This document shows, one piece after another, positions 10,527 through 21,252 of a DNA stretch of 64,000 nucleotides (its first letter is position 1; each line of letters starts with the position of its first letter). The stretch comes from a virus. A program made the translations under genes and the position numbers. The stretch lies in the IMG/VR virus record IMGVR_UViG_3300027932_000001, positions 105 through 64,104 of that record; one strand, given 5' to 3'. The notes under the pieces were generated by a model that had not been told where the DNA came from, searched no databases, and saw nothing but the letters and a program-made list of their open reading frames with translations.

Positions 10527-12740
10527 ATGCAAAAGAAATTAGTTTATGCAGTCATACTATTCTCTTTCCTGCTTCTATTATTATTTTCGTTAAATTCTAC
10601 TGCAGTAAGCTATCAAATACAAATAACAGTAAATGCCCCTTCATCGTTATCTGGTAGCGATATAATATTATTTGACCCACTTCCATCAAGTGCAAATATA
10701 CAAAGCCAATATTATGTTATAAACCAGTGCGGGTACTATGTCGATAGTTACCTGTTTTCAACATATCCGCCATACTTAGTATACTATATAGCTGGGTTAA
10801 ATAACGAGTCATTATTACTAACATATGGAACTGGAGTAACTAGTGAATATGTTACGTGTAACGTGTTTAGTAACCTATTTACATTCTATATATTAAACAC
10901 CACACTTTGGAACGCAACTAATGTCCAGGCTGATGGTCTGCTTACAATGGGTAATAATTCGCATCTCTATTTCCAGTCGTCTATTAGCCGTTATATTTCC
11001 AGCTCTGTCGTGTTTATGTATAACATCCTTCCTTCCTCAGTGTCTGCCAATAATTTTTACGAGGTAGTTAATGTAAAGCCTGGTACTGGAATATTCTTCG
11101 ATTATTTACAGACTCCACAAAAAGTGAAAATACCTTCTTATTACATATTCTCTGGTAAGTACGAAACTATATTCACAAATTGTATACTAAGCAATAATTT
11201 TGATGTAGAACAGAGCGGATTTGTAAAGGTAAATAATGCAGAATTATACACGAAATTAACATGCTTTGTTAAAATAAACGAAGAGGGTAAATGTACTATA
11301 GTATGCGGTACAGTAATTCAGGGATCCCCATCGGAAAAGCCGTGCTGTAATATTTCTACCAATCTTATTGCAGTATATTACTGCAAGCCTTCATGTTCCT
11401 CATACATAGAGGGTAAAGCAAGTGTAATATTTACGCCCTCATTAATAGAAGGAAATTGTTTTTATGCATACGAGAACGGAAAAATGGTAAACCTTGGGAA
11501 GGTGGTATGCAACGTTGTGGTCTCATCTAAACCTAAGATCTTTGTAGTATGCTGTGCGTTCAATACATCATGTGTAAGAATATTCGGCATACCAGTAGGT
11601 AGTAAGGTTATTATATCGTATTCAAACGGTACGTCTGAATGCATATATGTCTCTAATAAGGTAAATAATGTTGGGATAGCTGAAGATAATTTGGTAATAG
11701 GTTATGGTAGCGGTATTTCGAACATATTAATTTACCCTCCATGTTCCAACATTAAATATGACGCAAAGATAGGGTTCACCGATTTTGTGCATGTATACTA
11801 TGTTAACATTTGTAACGGCAAAGCGTATTTATGTGTTAACGGCACTGTATTAACTTCACTAGGAAATGTTACTTTTCCAGCCGACGTAGTTATAGGTGTA
11901 CAAGGAGTAGGAAACACGCAGTATCTTCTAGTTCAAATAGTAACAGATCACGGTGTTACCCAATTCATTTCTGCATCACCTTATACAATTTACAACGTAG
12001 TTCCGTACGTTCATTATGTAACGTATAGTAACACTCCTCTAGTTATTAGTAAGATAGGTGTCACTCTAGCAACTGGCTTATATGATGAAATAAGTGGAAT
12101 AATAAAGACCTCTGTCACTTCTCCGTTCCAAGCATGTTCCGCAATAATAAACGGAATAACAAGTCCTGGGTTAGTAGTTTGTTACTCTCACGGCAAACTT
12201 ACGTGTTACCATGTTTCTAACTCCTCTTCTTCACTTATATTGAAGGGTATGGACGGTGACTCAGTAACTTTAGTTTACCAAAACGTCCAGGAGCAATTCA
12301 TCGTGTCTTCGTGCTTCTACCCGTTGAATATACCTTCTAATACGCCGTTTGTACTGGCAATATCGCCTACAAGTAGGTCAGTAACAATAGATGCTAACGG
12401 TATACAAACCTCTCAGCCTTATGTTAACAAACTAGTTAACCTCAATTCAACTAAGGTTAATAGTAGTACATCACTTACGCCACCACCAATTAAGAACCCG
12501 TTCAGTATAAGTATCAATTCAAACCAGCTTATGGATATAATAATTTACTATATAGGTGGTGGTATTGCGATATATCTTATCAACAGGAACTATAACATAA
12601 CTGGAGTCCTATGGTACGGGTTAATGATATGGAGCCTACTTAGTATAGCACTTTCGTTAATGTTCGGGTTTTATGCATTGCTACCTGGTGCAGTGTTCGG
12701 TTTCGCTTTAGCATATGTCGCGAAATACCTCAACCGCTAA
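10527..12740 (+). CDS. Secreted, membrane-anchored beta-rich virion glycoprotein, Cys-rich
   Basis: Signal peptide, many NxS/T sequons, C-terminal TM helices, about 23 Cys. Confidence 0.7.
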   Translation: MQKKLVYAVILFSFLLLLLFSLNSTAVSYQIQITVNAPSSLSGSDIILFDPLPSSANIQSQYYVINQCGYYVDSYLFSTYPPYLVYYIAGLNNESLLLTYGTGVTSEYVTCNVFSNLFTFYILNTTLWNATNVQADGLLTMGNNSHLYFQSSISRYISSSVVFMYNILPSSVSANNFYEVVNVKPGTGIFFDYLQTPQKVKIPSYYIFSGKYETIFTNCILSNNFDVEQSGFVKVNNAELYTKLTCFVKINEEGKCTIVCGTVIQGSPSEKPCCNISTNLIAVYYCKPSCSSYIEGKASVIFTPSLIEGNCFYAYENGKMVNLGKVVCNVVVSSKPKIFVVCCAFNTSCVRIFGIPVGSKVIISYSNGTSECIYVSNKVNNVGIAEDNLVIGYGSGISNILIYPPCSNIKYDAKIGFTDFVHVYYVNICNGKAYLCVNGTVLTSLGNVTFPADVVIGVQGVGNTQYLLVQIVTDHGVTQFISASPYTIYNVVPYVHYVTYSNTPLVISKIGVTLATGLYDEISGIIKTSVTSPFQACSAIINGITSPGLVVCYSHGKLTCYHVSNSSSSLILKGMDGDSVTLVYQNVQEQFIVSSCFYPLNIPSNTPFVLAISPTSRSVTIDANGIQTSQPYVNKLVNLNSTKVNSSTSLTPPPIKNPFSISINSNQLMDIIIYYIGGGIAIYLINRNYNITGVLWYGLMIWSLLSIALSLMFGFYALLPGAVFGFALAYVAKYLNR

Positions 12741-12911
12741 CGAGGTTTACTACATATCTATTTTTAAACGAAGAATTTGTTTTCATAATGAAGGCAAATG
12801 AATAGGTCAAGCAATCAGGTAAAACCTCCAACACACATGCTATTCATAGTCTATGCGATCCACATAGTATACTATAATTTACTGCTAAGCATGATACTCA
12901 AAGCGAGGTCG

Positions 12912-13298
12912 ATGTTTGCCAACAAGTACCATAACTACCTAGCAACGATAAGAGCGAGACTTATATATTCCACTAATGGTGGAGATAATGGCGACGTAAA
13001 GAGCCATATCGAGACTGTAAAAACAGTTGCTGTAGTTGTTGGTGCTTTAGTAATAATCTTCGTCATGGTATTCTTCGTTTCTGGATTCCTTGGAATACAA
13101 TTGCTGAGCGAAATTAATCCATCCTCATACTCTCCAGGATCAGCACAGTATAACTTAAGCACTGCAGTAGTACACGGAATAACGGGGTCGATAAACAATT
13201 TGCCAACAGTTGAGGACGTACTATTCACAGTAGTAATAATAGCTGTAATATTCCTATTAGTAGGAATAATATTCCAGAAGTTCAACGTAAAATTCTAA
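12912..13298 (+). CDS. Candidate hydrophobic spindle-virus capsid protein (SSV VP1 / SMV1 MCP architecture)
   Basis: Basic N-terminal segment, Gly/Asp linker, two long hydrophobic helices separated by a loop with an NLS sequon; start 12891 or 12912. Confidence 0.5.
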   Translation: MFANKYHNYLATIRARLIYSTNGGDNGDVKSHIETVKTVAVVVGALVIIFVMVFFVSGFLGIQLLSEINPSSYSPGSAQYNLSTAVVHGITGSINNLPTVEDVLFTVVIIAVIFLLVGIIFQKFNVKF

Positions 13299-13367
13299 AG
13301 GTAAATTTTTTGTATTTTCTTTCCACTCCATCTCTCCTTATATACTTCTATATAAATTTTCTAAACC

Positions 13368-13739
13368 ATGGAAGCAGTACTCTCATCGATACGTGAAATA
13401 AACATCAGTTTAAACCAATTTTATGTCATACTCAAATGCTTCTCAAAACGTGGTGAATACTCAATAAGGAAAATTAGGAAAAAGATAAAGAATCTGTTAA
13501 AGGACATTATACCTCATGACGATTTTAACAGAGCTTATAGAGTAGAGTTCATACAGCAGAATAGGAAGGAGTTGGCATTGAAGTTCCTGCTTAAATTTAA
13601 GGGTGAAGTGCCGATACTCAAGATCCATACGTTTTGTTATACAATTGTAATATCTGTAGTAAACATAAGGATAAGTGGTAAGGGTGGCGAGAAATCTGTT
13701 TATATGCAAGTAAAACTCGACTATATTTATGGAAGTTAA
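13368..13739 (+). CDS. Basic hypothetical protein
   Basis: 123-aa ORF overlapping the next start. Confidence 0.6.
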   Translation: MEAVLSSIREINISLNQFYVILKCFSKRGEYSIRKIRKKIKNLLKDIIPHDDFNRAYRVEFIQQNRKELALKFLLKFKGEVPILKIHTFCYTIVISVVNIRISGKGGEKSVYMQVKLDYIYGS

Positions 13740-14724
13740 AATCGGAGATTTTGTAATTCAGGACAGGGATCCAGATAAGGGATTTCTTTATGTAGATTAT
13801 GAAAATGCGATGGGAGGAAAACTGTTAAGATATTTGGATTATCTTTATACTTCCCTAAGAAGCGGTGAGTTGAGCATTTTAATCACTCCTGGATTTGTGG
13901 CAAAGAACGGCGAAATAGTTCCTTCTCTTACGCCGTTTGTAAGGATGTGTTTTCAGGGGTATAGAAAGAGGATACAAGTACAGAGGTTAGTTGTTGTAGT
14001 AGGCGGTCAGGGAGTTGGAAAGTCTGTACTGGCAATTAAGGCTGGTGCTAATATCTATGCACTCAACGATATGAACGAAAACCTTCCTGTAGAGGAAAGG
14101 TTCATTAATTACATTATAACTCTGTATCATATCGGCATTGACCCAATAGAGTTGAATAATTTTATAGAATTCCTTAAGGAGCATGGGCTAAGGTCTCCTT
14201 ATTATATAATAGACGACGCTCAGTTATTGTTCTCCACTAACGTATACTTTACAAATAGGGATTTGTACGTCCATACATCTAACCTATTAACATTGATAAG
14301 GAGCAATATAATGACGTTGGTTATGACTCTTCCTACAGACATTGCCGTGTTGAACTCAACAATTAAGAGAATGGAAGGAATAATACTAACGAAAGTTAAT
14401 GATATAGATAGGTTCACTGGGATAGCACTAGGTGTTAGCAGTTATGATTACAGCAGATACAGGATGTATACAAAAACTAGCAGAAACCGTTTCGTTAGTT
14501 ATTATGTTGAGTATAACGAACTTGACGCAAACGGTAACGTTATACCTTATAAGTCAAGGGAAGGAATATTTTCCAAGTATTTACCAGATAATATTTACAA
14601 TATTTATAATACTATTAGGGAAAACTACATTACACTTATACAGTCCTTATCGAGGAAGAGAATAAATGTGGGTAAAAGTAGAGAAGGAGGAGATGGAGAA
14701 AGCCTTATCGATGATAAAGAGTAA
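13729..14724 (+). CDS. P-loop ATPase (possible packaging-type)
   Basis: VVVVGGQGVGKS Walker A, YYIIDDAQ Walker B. Confidence 0.75.
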   Translation: MEVKIGDFVIQDRDPDKGFLYVDYENAMGGKLLRYLDYLYTSLRSGELSILITPGFVAKNGEIVPSLTPFVRMCFQGYRKRIQVQRLVVVVGGQGVGKSVLAIKAGANIYALNDMNENLPVEERFINYIITLYHIGIDPIELNNFIEFLKEHGLRSPYYIIDDAQLLFSTNVYFTNRDLYVHTSNLLTLIRSNIMTLVMTLPTDIAVLNSTIKRMEGIILTKVNDIDRFTGIALGVSSYDYSRYRMYTKTSRNRFVSYYVEYNELDANGNVIPYKSREGIFSKYLPDNIYNIYNTIRENYITLIQSLSRKRINVGKSREGGDGESLIDDKE

Positions 14725-15763
14725 GTACAGAATTGACGACACTGTTGCAGAACTTATAGCAGACGTTTTCTTCATACTAAAAGGTAAGGAAGTTACAGAA
14801 GAAGGGAAAAAACTCGTTGAAAAGATAAATGAATTCTTCAGGGAGAATGAAGAAATACTACGTGTTATATTAGAGAGCGAACTACCAGACGATTACCTGA
14901 TTAGAATATCCGCATTAATAATACTCAGTTTGAAAGGAGGAAAGAAGGGAGATGCGTATGGAATGATACAGGAAGTAATAAACAAATACCACGAACAAAA
15001 GAAGACCGCTTATGTTCTGTATAAGTATTCTGGAGTTTTTATCAGCCCACAAAAACTTGAGAAGATACCTAACGTTAAAGACATAGTGAGAGGATTGAAA
15101 ATAATAGAAGGAAGCATAGGTAGTAACACAAAAATAAACGGAATTTACCCAGGTTTTGAGGGATTAGATTTCACACAAAACTTTTACGAAGCAAATAGAA
15201 ATGAGAAGGCACTTGCACTTATAGACGATGATATATTAATATATAAGCTACTCAACGGGTTCAAAAAATATCCAGGATATTCTAAAGGTTTCCCATCCGT
15301 ATATGTGCTTATAGATTCTTCACAGAGCATGTCTGCACTTAATAGATTAAGTACTGCAAAGGCAATAGCTCTTGCAGTAGTTAAGAATTCTTTGATAAAT
15401 AAATATAAAGTAAGAGTAGGTTTCTTTAACGAGGCATTAAGGGAAATAATTGAACTTAAAACTCAGGAATCTTTAGAAAGATTTCTAAAAATAGAAGCAG
15501 AAGGTGTCACTGATATAGAATACTCATTGTCACAATTTATTGAAATAGCCGAACCTGCAAGTTCAGTCCTTCTAATAACCGACGCATTAGACGAAATAAG
15601 CGGAAACATTATTACAAAACTCAAGGCAAAAAGGATAATACTCAACGTAATACAGCTCTTCGGGATTTACAACGAAAGGTTAGTTACAATAACTAAAAGC
15701 ACTGGCGGTCTTTATATCGTCGTCAACGATTTAAAAGAGTTGAAAGAAAAAATAATAATATGA
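14666..15763 (+). CDS. von Willebrand A domain protein (MoxR partner)
   Basis: MIDAS motif LIDSSQSM, TDIEYSL, LLITDA. Confidence 0.85.
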   Translation: MWVKVEKEEMEKALSMIKSKYRIDDTVAELIADVFFILKGKEVTEEGKKLVEKINEFFRENEEILRVILESELPDDYLIRISALIILSLKGGKKGDAYGMIQEVINKYHEQKKTAYVLYKYSGVFISPQKLEKIPNVKDIVRGLKIIEGSIGSNTKINGIYPGFEGLDFTQNFYEANRNEKALALIDDDILIYKLLNGFKKYPGYSKGFPSVYVLIDSSQSMSALNRLSTAKAIALAVVKNSLINKYKVRVGFFNEALREIIELKTQESLERFLKIEAEGVTDIEYSLSQFIEIAEPASSVLLITDALDEISGNIITKLKAKRIILNVIQLFGIYNERLVTITKSTGGLYIVVNDLKELKEKIII

Positions 15764-16158
15764 GCAACACCTTTGTAAGGACAAAAAAGCTTGTAATTTG
15801 TCCTATATGCGAGCAAACAAAATACGAGCAAAGAATAATATTCAAAAATGAGCAAAGAATTGATGTTGCAGTATATTTCCAAAAAGTGCCAAAATATGTT
15901 AGAGTATACTTACCAATAGTAGGACTAATAACTAATGTTTACCTATCAGACGCGTTATTTATTACTATATCCCCCTATAAAGAAATAACTTCAAAAACAA
16001 GAGTACTGGTAAACCCTTCTTTTCCGCTAACTACCGTGCTTAACGAAGGAAATAATATATTACGTTTAGTGTTCGGAACTAAAGAAACCACATTGCCTGG
16101 AGTATACATAGTTAAAAAAGAGCTACCTACGAGCATAATTCTAGAAAAAGTGTTCTAA
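15760..16158 (+). CDS. Hypothetical protein with CxxC
   Basis: CPIC near N-terminus; ATGA overlap with the vWA gene. Confidence 0.6.
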   Translation: MSNTFVRTKKLVICPICEQTKYEQRIIFKNEQRIDVAVYFQKVPKYVRVYLPIVGLITNVYLSDALFITISPYKEITSKTRVLVNPSFPLTTVLNEGNNILRLVFGTKETTLPGVYIVKKELPTSIILEKVF

Positions 16159-16194
16159 CCTTTTGCTCTAGAAGGGGCAAAGGTTTGTCGTCCG

Positions 16195-16212
16195 TTATCA
16201 CAGCTGTGATTG
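16195..16212. promoter_or_regulatory. Dispersed palindrome copy 2
   Basis: ttatcacagctgtgattg upstream of the 16308 gene. Confidence 0.65.
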
Positions 16213-16307
16213 CAAAAAGATGGGTTAGTAACGCAGTTCAAAGCGGAGGAAGTCAGCACACTTTTAGCACTTTTAGATTTTTTAGCCAGACTGCAGATCT
16301 TAAGATT

Positions 16308-19300
16308 ATGAACAGGAAGAAAGTACTTGTTGGTATCCTATTCCTGTTATTCCTGATTGAATTAACACCAACAATCATCACTAATTCACAAACACCACCT
16401 TCAGCTTCAGCATACGTATCACCAATAAGCGTCACGTCGAACCCGTTCATCTTGAATACGACGTTACCAGCGATAAACCAGCTAGGCTCAAACATACGTT
16501 TCTTCCAGTACCCTAACTTGACGGGACAGCTGTACGCATATGAACAACAACTACCGCAAACGACACCAACTGTTGATAGTGTTGAGTCTACAGCCTGGAA
16601 AGTGTTTCCTTACTGGCAAAACGGCGAACTGGTGATAAACACTCTTCCTCATTCTGTATCCGTAACAGTGTCAAACTCGCAATCAATCGCTACTCCAGCA
16701 CCTTTCGACCAGTTTCTGAACATAACAGAGTCACAAATAGCTTCAGCTTTAGGTTCAACTACTGCATCTCAGTTATGGCAACAAGCAATGTCAGACCATT
16801 TTCTCAATTTATTATTTAAGCAAAACGGACAAACACTTTATGCTTGGGTACAAAATTACACTGCGTCGTGGGTAGCAGTGTGGGTAAAACTACCTAACTG
16901 TATACCTGCGTCATCTTCAGCTACAATAAACATCTGTTTCACTAACTCCATTCAATACCCTTACACTGGGATCTATTCAGCTGTCTATCCAGGTTACGAT
17001 AACGGTGCAGATGTGTTCACTCAGTACGGCTACTTTGGGAACCAGATACCTAGTGGATGGACAACTGGCGTATATAAAGGATCTTTCAGCCCGACAGCTA
17101 CAGCAGACGGGTTGGAGATGGTAAATGATAAAGGTTGCGAGGGGACTTACGTTTATGCATCGTTACCGAATACTAACAGTTATACAGTAATTGTTTCATG
17201 GTGGTATAAGGGCTGTGGTTGTGCATTAACGCAAGAATTATACGGGAACGTGACAAAGTTGTCACAAGTAGACAGTATAGGATCCACCGCTGGTTGTTAC
17301 ACACCATACGCATCTGGAGGTACCGTAGCACAGAACGAATTTTATAAGTCGACTGCATACATTAAAAACGCGTCAAAATCTGTATCAACTTGCTTTGATG
17401 GGAATGGTGCACATTATGTGACAACATATTTCGCGATCCAGGGTAATACTGAATATTATGGGTACAGTAATCATAGTTCGCCCTTCCAAATAACATTACC
17501 ATCCAGCTTTGTGCCTTTCCATTTGATAACGGATAGGACAGAACCAACAGTGTTCATAGGTGCTGGAACTGGAAAAATAGAGACCGTAGACATTAATGGG
17601 GTAATTCATAGATTTTGTGTGTCTTCTTATATATATCTAGACTTAGTAATCGTGATACCGACACCACCTAATAACGTAATGCCGTCTATAACAAGTGTAT
17701 CAATTGCAGGCGTCGGCGGTCAGTATATAGCCTGGAGATATTCCCCAATATCAAATGCCATCAACGTCACCGTCCACGTAACGTCGTTCCCAATACATCA
17801 TTATAATTCTGGTATTGAGATCTTCTCACCTAACGTAGGAGACCAATCAAGCGATAATAATCCTGGGTTTTACGTGTTATTAGTGGACTTCTATGGCAAC
17901 TCGATATACTTCCACCCCCCAACATCTGGTTGGGAACTACTTTACACTTCTCTACCTCAACCTAACCCTAATTATCCGTTCACAATGAGTGTTATTCTTA
18001 CTGAGAATTCAGCGGGTAACGTTACAGTACAGAGCGTATACATTAACGGCACAGCATACTCTATAAATGTCAATACTCAGTTCCCATGGTCACAAGTTGC
18101 TTATATAGGGGTAAGAGCAGATGCTGGTAACTTATTCTACATTTCCTACTTCGGCGTCTCTCCAGCACCTTATAGTTGTAGTATTGAACAATTTGTAAAC
18201 AGCGTGGAGTCTACAGCCTGGAAAGTGCTACCTTACTGGGAAAATGGTCAACTTGTTGTGAACAGTACGGGAGCAAGTAATGCTGGTCAGTACATAGCAT
18301 GGAGATATTCACCAGTAAGTAACGTCATCAACGTCACCATCCATGTAACAAGTTATCCTAGTGGTATACAAAGTTTCCCAGGTATCGTAGTTTATTCCTC
18401 TAACATCGGAGACCAAACTAGTGATAATAATGTGAACAATTTCCAGGGTCTCCTAGTGACGTTTAGTGGTAATATTTACTATCATTCTACGACGTCAGGG
18501 TATACACTCCTGAAGAGTTCGGCGTTTCCCACACCTTCTACATCCTACCCGTTCATCTTCACCGTCATCTTGACTGAGAACAGTGCTGGTAACATTACTG
18601 TGTCTACTGTATACATTAACTCAACGGCTTACACAGTAAATGTAAACACTCCTTACCCATGGAGTCAGATAGGCTATGTAGGGATAAGAGCGGATTCTGG
18701 TAACTTATTCTACGTTTCTTATTTCAGCGTCACACAGCTGTTAGACGCATACTCTCTTGTTACTAACCCTACCACGCCTTACACTGGCACAGTTTACGTA
18801 GCAGTCTTCCCCTACCCCATCAGCTACGACGTTTACGTATCACCAGCACCGATTGTAAGCTCTCAGTCTCCCCTCCACATGTTCTCACCTTCATTTACTT
18901 TAACCACTACGCTCTACCCAGTGGTTTCAACTAGCACGAGTAGCGGTACCGTTAATGTCATCCCTTCGATAGGTGCGTGGACTTCCACGAATACATCGTT
19001 ATTCCTAACTACGCTAGCTGTAGGGAACCAGATTTATGCGAATATACCTATGGTTGAAAGTATAAGTTGGAAAATCTACCCATATTGGCAGGATGGTCAA
19101 CTTGTTGTGAACAGTACGGGAGCAAGTAATGCTGGTCAGTACATAGCATGGAGATATTCACCAGTAAGTAACGTCATCAACGTCACCATCCATGTAACAA
19201 GTTATCCTAGTGGTATACAAAGTTTCCCAGGTATCGTAGTTTATTCCTCTAACATCGGAGACCAAACTAGTGATAATAATGTGAACAATTTCCAGGGTCT

Positions 19301-20672
19301 CCTAGTGACGTTTAGTGGTAATATTTACTATCATTCTACGACGTCAGGGTATACACTCCTGAAGAGTTCGGCGTTTCCCACACCTTCTACATCCTACCCG
19401 TTCATCTTCACCGTCATCTTGACTGAGAACAGTGCTGGTAACATTACTGTGTCTACTGTATACATTAACTCAACGGCTTACACAGTAAATGTAAACACTC
19501 CTTACCCATGGAGTCAGATAGGCTACATAGGGATAAGAGGCGATACTAGTGACTTATTCTACGTTTCCTACTTCGGCGTCAACTCAATTCCTTTAGTCAC
19601 ACAAAGAGGTGCAACTAATGTAAATACATTCTACTCTCCGTATTCTCTCAATTATATAATTAATGAGACTGTAGTATGCGTATGTAAAACTAAATTATCT
19701 TCTGGATTTAATAGCATAGTTATATCTGGCTCTGGTTTTGTTGCAAGCAGTTTTGCATATGTTAATACTACTTCAAAGTCTGCAGTGTTAGTAATATTGA
19801 ACTGTCCTTACGTGATATTTGATGCGACTTCTAATGGGTTTGAGATAGATGCACCTAGACATTCGGAGATAGTCACAGACACGGGTATGCCACAAAGCGG
19901 GTCTTTTGTATATGAAGACCCTACTATAATACTTTGTTCTGCAAGTACGTTTGTCTTGCCTTCTTATATTACTACTGCACCACCTCCTCCATCATCAACA
20001 CCTTCTACTACATCACCTTCTACTACTGCACAATCTACTCCATCATCCTCATGTGTAGTCATAGAGCCTAACAGTATGAGAATAGAATATAACGGAAGTC
20101 TAAGTTTGACTATGGACATACCTACGTACCCAGAAATTGTAAAATATAATAATGTAATATACGCTTTGCCTTTCACTAATTCATCTGGTGCGTACTTCTA
20201 TCTATACGATTACAATACGTCTGCCAAATTCAATGTTACTTTCAAAATTACATGTAATGGGAAGACTATAGTAGATGAGACAGTCCCAGTGAATAGCATA
20301 GTTAAGATACCTGTAGTTAATTCTACGTCAATAGTATGCATCTCTGCGTTAAACGAGACTATCAGGTTTACCCTATGTCCTATTCAATTACATAGCTTCT
20401 ATTGTAATGTCAAAAAAGCAGTACATAGTGCTTTGAGTGGTACTCCTCTTGCACCTTTCGGCTGTATCCTAGTATTCCTCTTCTTCGGCTCTTTCGCATT
20501 ATCTGCATTATTAAGAAACGATCTAAGGCTAATGGGAATGGGAGGTATAACATATGCAGTATTTATTGCCCCTGGATTATTGCAGTTGGGATTCCCATCG
20601 CCTATAATAGTACCGACTGAGATAGTGTCGTTTGTTATAGGAGTTTATGCGTTATGGATCTCAAACAAGTGA
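16308..20672 (+). CDS. Large virion adhesin/receptor-binding protein with DUF2341-like and repeated lectin-like beta domains
   Basis: Signal peptide MNRKKVLVGILFLLFL; AVWVKLPNCIPASSSATINICF (DUF2341-like); three GQYIAWRYSP domains; S/T/P linker; three C-terminal TMs. Confidence 0.75.
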   Translation: MNRKKVLVGILFLLFLIELTPTIITNSQTPPSASAYVSPISVTSNPFILNTTLPAINQLGSNIRFFQYPNLTGQLYAYEQQLPQTTPTVDSVESTAWKVFPYWQNGELVINTLPHSVSVTVSNSQSIATPAPFDQFLNITESQIASALGSTTASQLWQQAMSDHFLNLLFKQNGQTLYAWVQNYTASWVAVWVKLPNCIPASSSATINICFTNSIQYPYTGIYSAVYPGYDNGADVFTQYGYFGNQIPSGWTTGVYKGSFSPTATADGLEMVNDKGCEGTYVYASLPNTNSYTVIVSWWYKGCGCALTQELYGNVTKLSQVDSIGSTAGCYTPYASGGTVAQNEFYKSTAYIKNASKSVSTCFDGNGAHYVTTYFAIQGNTEYYGYSNHSSPFQITLPSSFVPFHLITDRTEPTVFIGAGTGKIETVDINGVIHRFCVSSYIYLDLVIVIPTPPNNVMPSITSVSIAGVGGQYIAWRYSPISNAINVTVHVTSFPIHHYNSGIEIFSPNVGDQSSDNNPGFYVLLVDFYGNSIYFHPPTSGWELLYTSLPQPNPNYPFTMSVILTENSAGNVTVQSVYINGTAYSINVNTQFPWSQVAYIGVRADAGNLFYISYFGVSPAPYSCSIEQFVNSVESTAWKVLPYWENGQLVVNSTGASNAGQYIAWRYSPVSNVINVTIHVTSYPSGIQSFPGIVVYSSNIGDQTSDNNVNNFQGLLVTFSGNIYYHSTTSGYTLLKSSAFPTPSTSYPFIFTVILTENSAGNITVSTVYINSTAYTVNVNTPYPWSQIGYVGIRADSGNLFYVSYFSVTQLLDAYSLVTNPTTPYTGTVYVAVFPYPISYDVYVSPAPIVSSQSPLHMFSPSFTLTTTLYPVVSTSTSSGTVNVIPSIGAWTSTNTSLFLTTLAVGNQIYANIPMVESISWKIYPYWQDGQLVVNSTGASNAGQYIAWRYSPVSNVINVTIHVTSYPSGIQSFPGIVVYSSNIGDQTSDNNVNNFQGLLVTFSGNIYYHSTTSGYTLLKSSAFPTPSTSYPFIFTVILTENSAGNITVSTVYINSTAYTVNVNTPYPWSQIGYIGIRGDTSDLFYVSYFGVNSIPLVTQRGATNVNTFYSPYSLNYIINETVVCVCKTKLSSGFNSIVISGSGFVASSFAYVNTTSKSAVLVILNCPYVIFDATSNGFEIDAPRHSEIVTDTGMPQSGSFVYEDPTIILCSASTFVLPSYITTAPPPPSSTPSTTSPSTTAQSTPSSSCVVIEPNSMRIEYNGSLSLTMDIPTYPEIVKYNNVIYALPFTNSSGAYFYLYDYNTSAKFNVTFKITCNGKTIVDETVPVNSIVKIPVVNSTSIVCISALNETIRFTLCPIQLHSFYCNVKKAVHSALSGTPLAPFGCILVFLFFGSFALSALLRNDLRLMGMGGITYAVFIAPGLLQLGFPSPIIVPTEIVSFVIGVYALWISNK
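18244..19525 (+). repeat. Intragenic 433-bp direct repeat (18244-18676 and 19093-19525)
   Basis: Identical by eye; offset 849 bp (283 codons). Confidence 0.9.
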
Positions 20673-20690
20673 CCATTTTTTCCTTCTGTT

Positions 20691-20710
20691 GAAATCACAT
20701 CTGTGTTTTC
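20691..20710. promoter_or_regulatory. Dispersed palindrome copy 3
   Basis: gaaatcacatctgtgttttc upstream of the RHH gene. Confidence 0.7.
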
Positions 20711-20754
20711 ACATAAAGCAAAATCGTTAAATTTGCGTGCTTAAGATTCCAGGC

Positions 20755-21075
20755 ATGAAACTTGCGGTTAAGCTTGAGGACTATATATTGGAGCTACTTG
20801 ACGCATACGCGGAAGAAAACGGTATGACACGTAGCCAAGCACTTAGGGTTGCGTTAAAAGAAGAAATACCTCTTATTAACGAAGATGGTGGAGGAAAGAA
20901 GAATAAGATTGCGATATTCTATGTTACGAAAGATCTTCTTGATCATATTGATAAAATTGCGGAGGAAAATGGAGTTACACGTTCAGAGGTAGTAAGAAAT
21001 GCAATATTGAAACTAGTTAATGAATATAAAAACAGAATAATACATAGAGGACGAGTAGGGAAGTTAACGCTCTGA
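20755..21075 (+). CDS. Tandem ribbon-helix-helix (CopG-like) regulator
   Basis: Two RHH units: LAVKLEDYILELLDAYAEENGMTRSQALR and IFYVTKDLLDHIDKIAEENGVTRSEVVR. Confidence 0.85.
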   Translation: MKLAVKLEDYILELLDAYAEENGMTRSQALRVALKEEIPLINEDGGGKKNKIAIFYVTKDLLDHIDKIAEENGVTRSEVVRNAILKLVNEYKNRIIHRGRVGKLTL

Positions 21076-21252
21076 CGACTTCCTCTCCGTTCTTACATAG
21101 AGTACTTTTTCATGAATTTTCAATACTCCAGTTCTATCAAATTCTGCTAATGCATCTAAATATTCCTTGTAAGCTTTGATAATATAATCTACCCTGCTGT
21201 GCATTCTCTCTAGGATCTTTTTCTGCTCGTCAGTTAATTTATGCGTCACCAT
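21064..21252 (-). CDS. Small hypothetical protein between IS605-like end remnants
   Basis: 62 aa; left-end-like sequence at 21297-21332, right-end-like at 21072-21088. Confidence 0.6.
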   Translation of the reverse strand: MVTHKLTDEQKKILERMHSRVDYIIKAYKEYLDALAEFDRTGVLKIHEKVLYVRTERKSSER

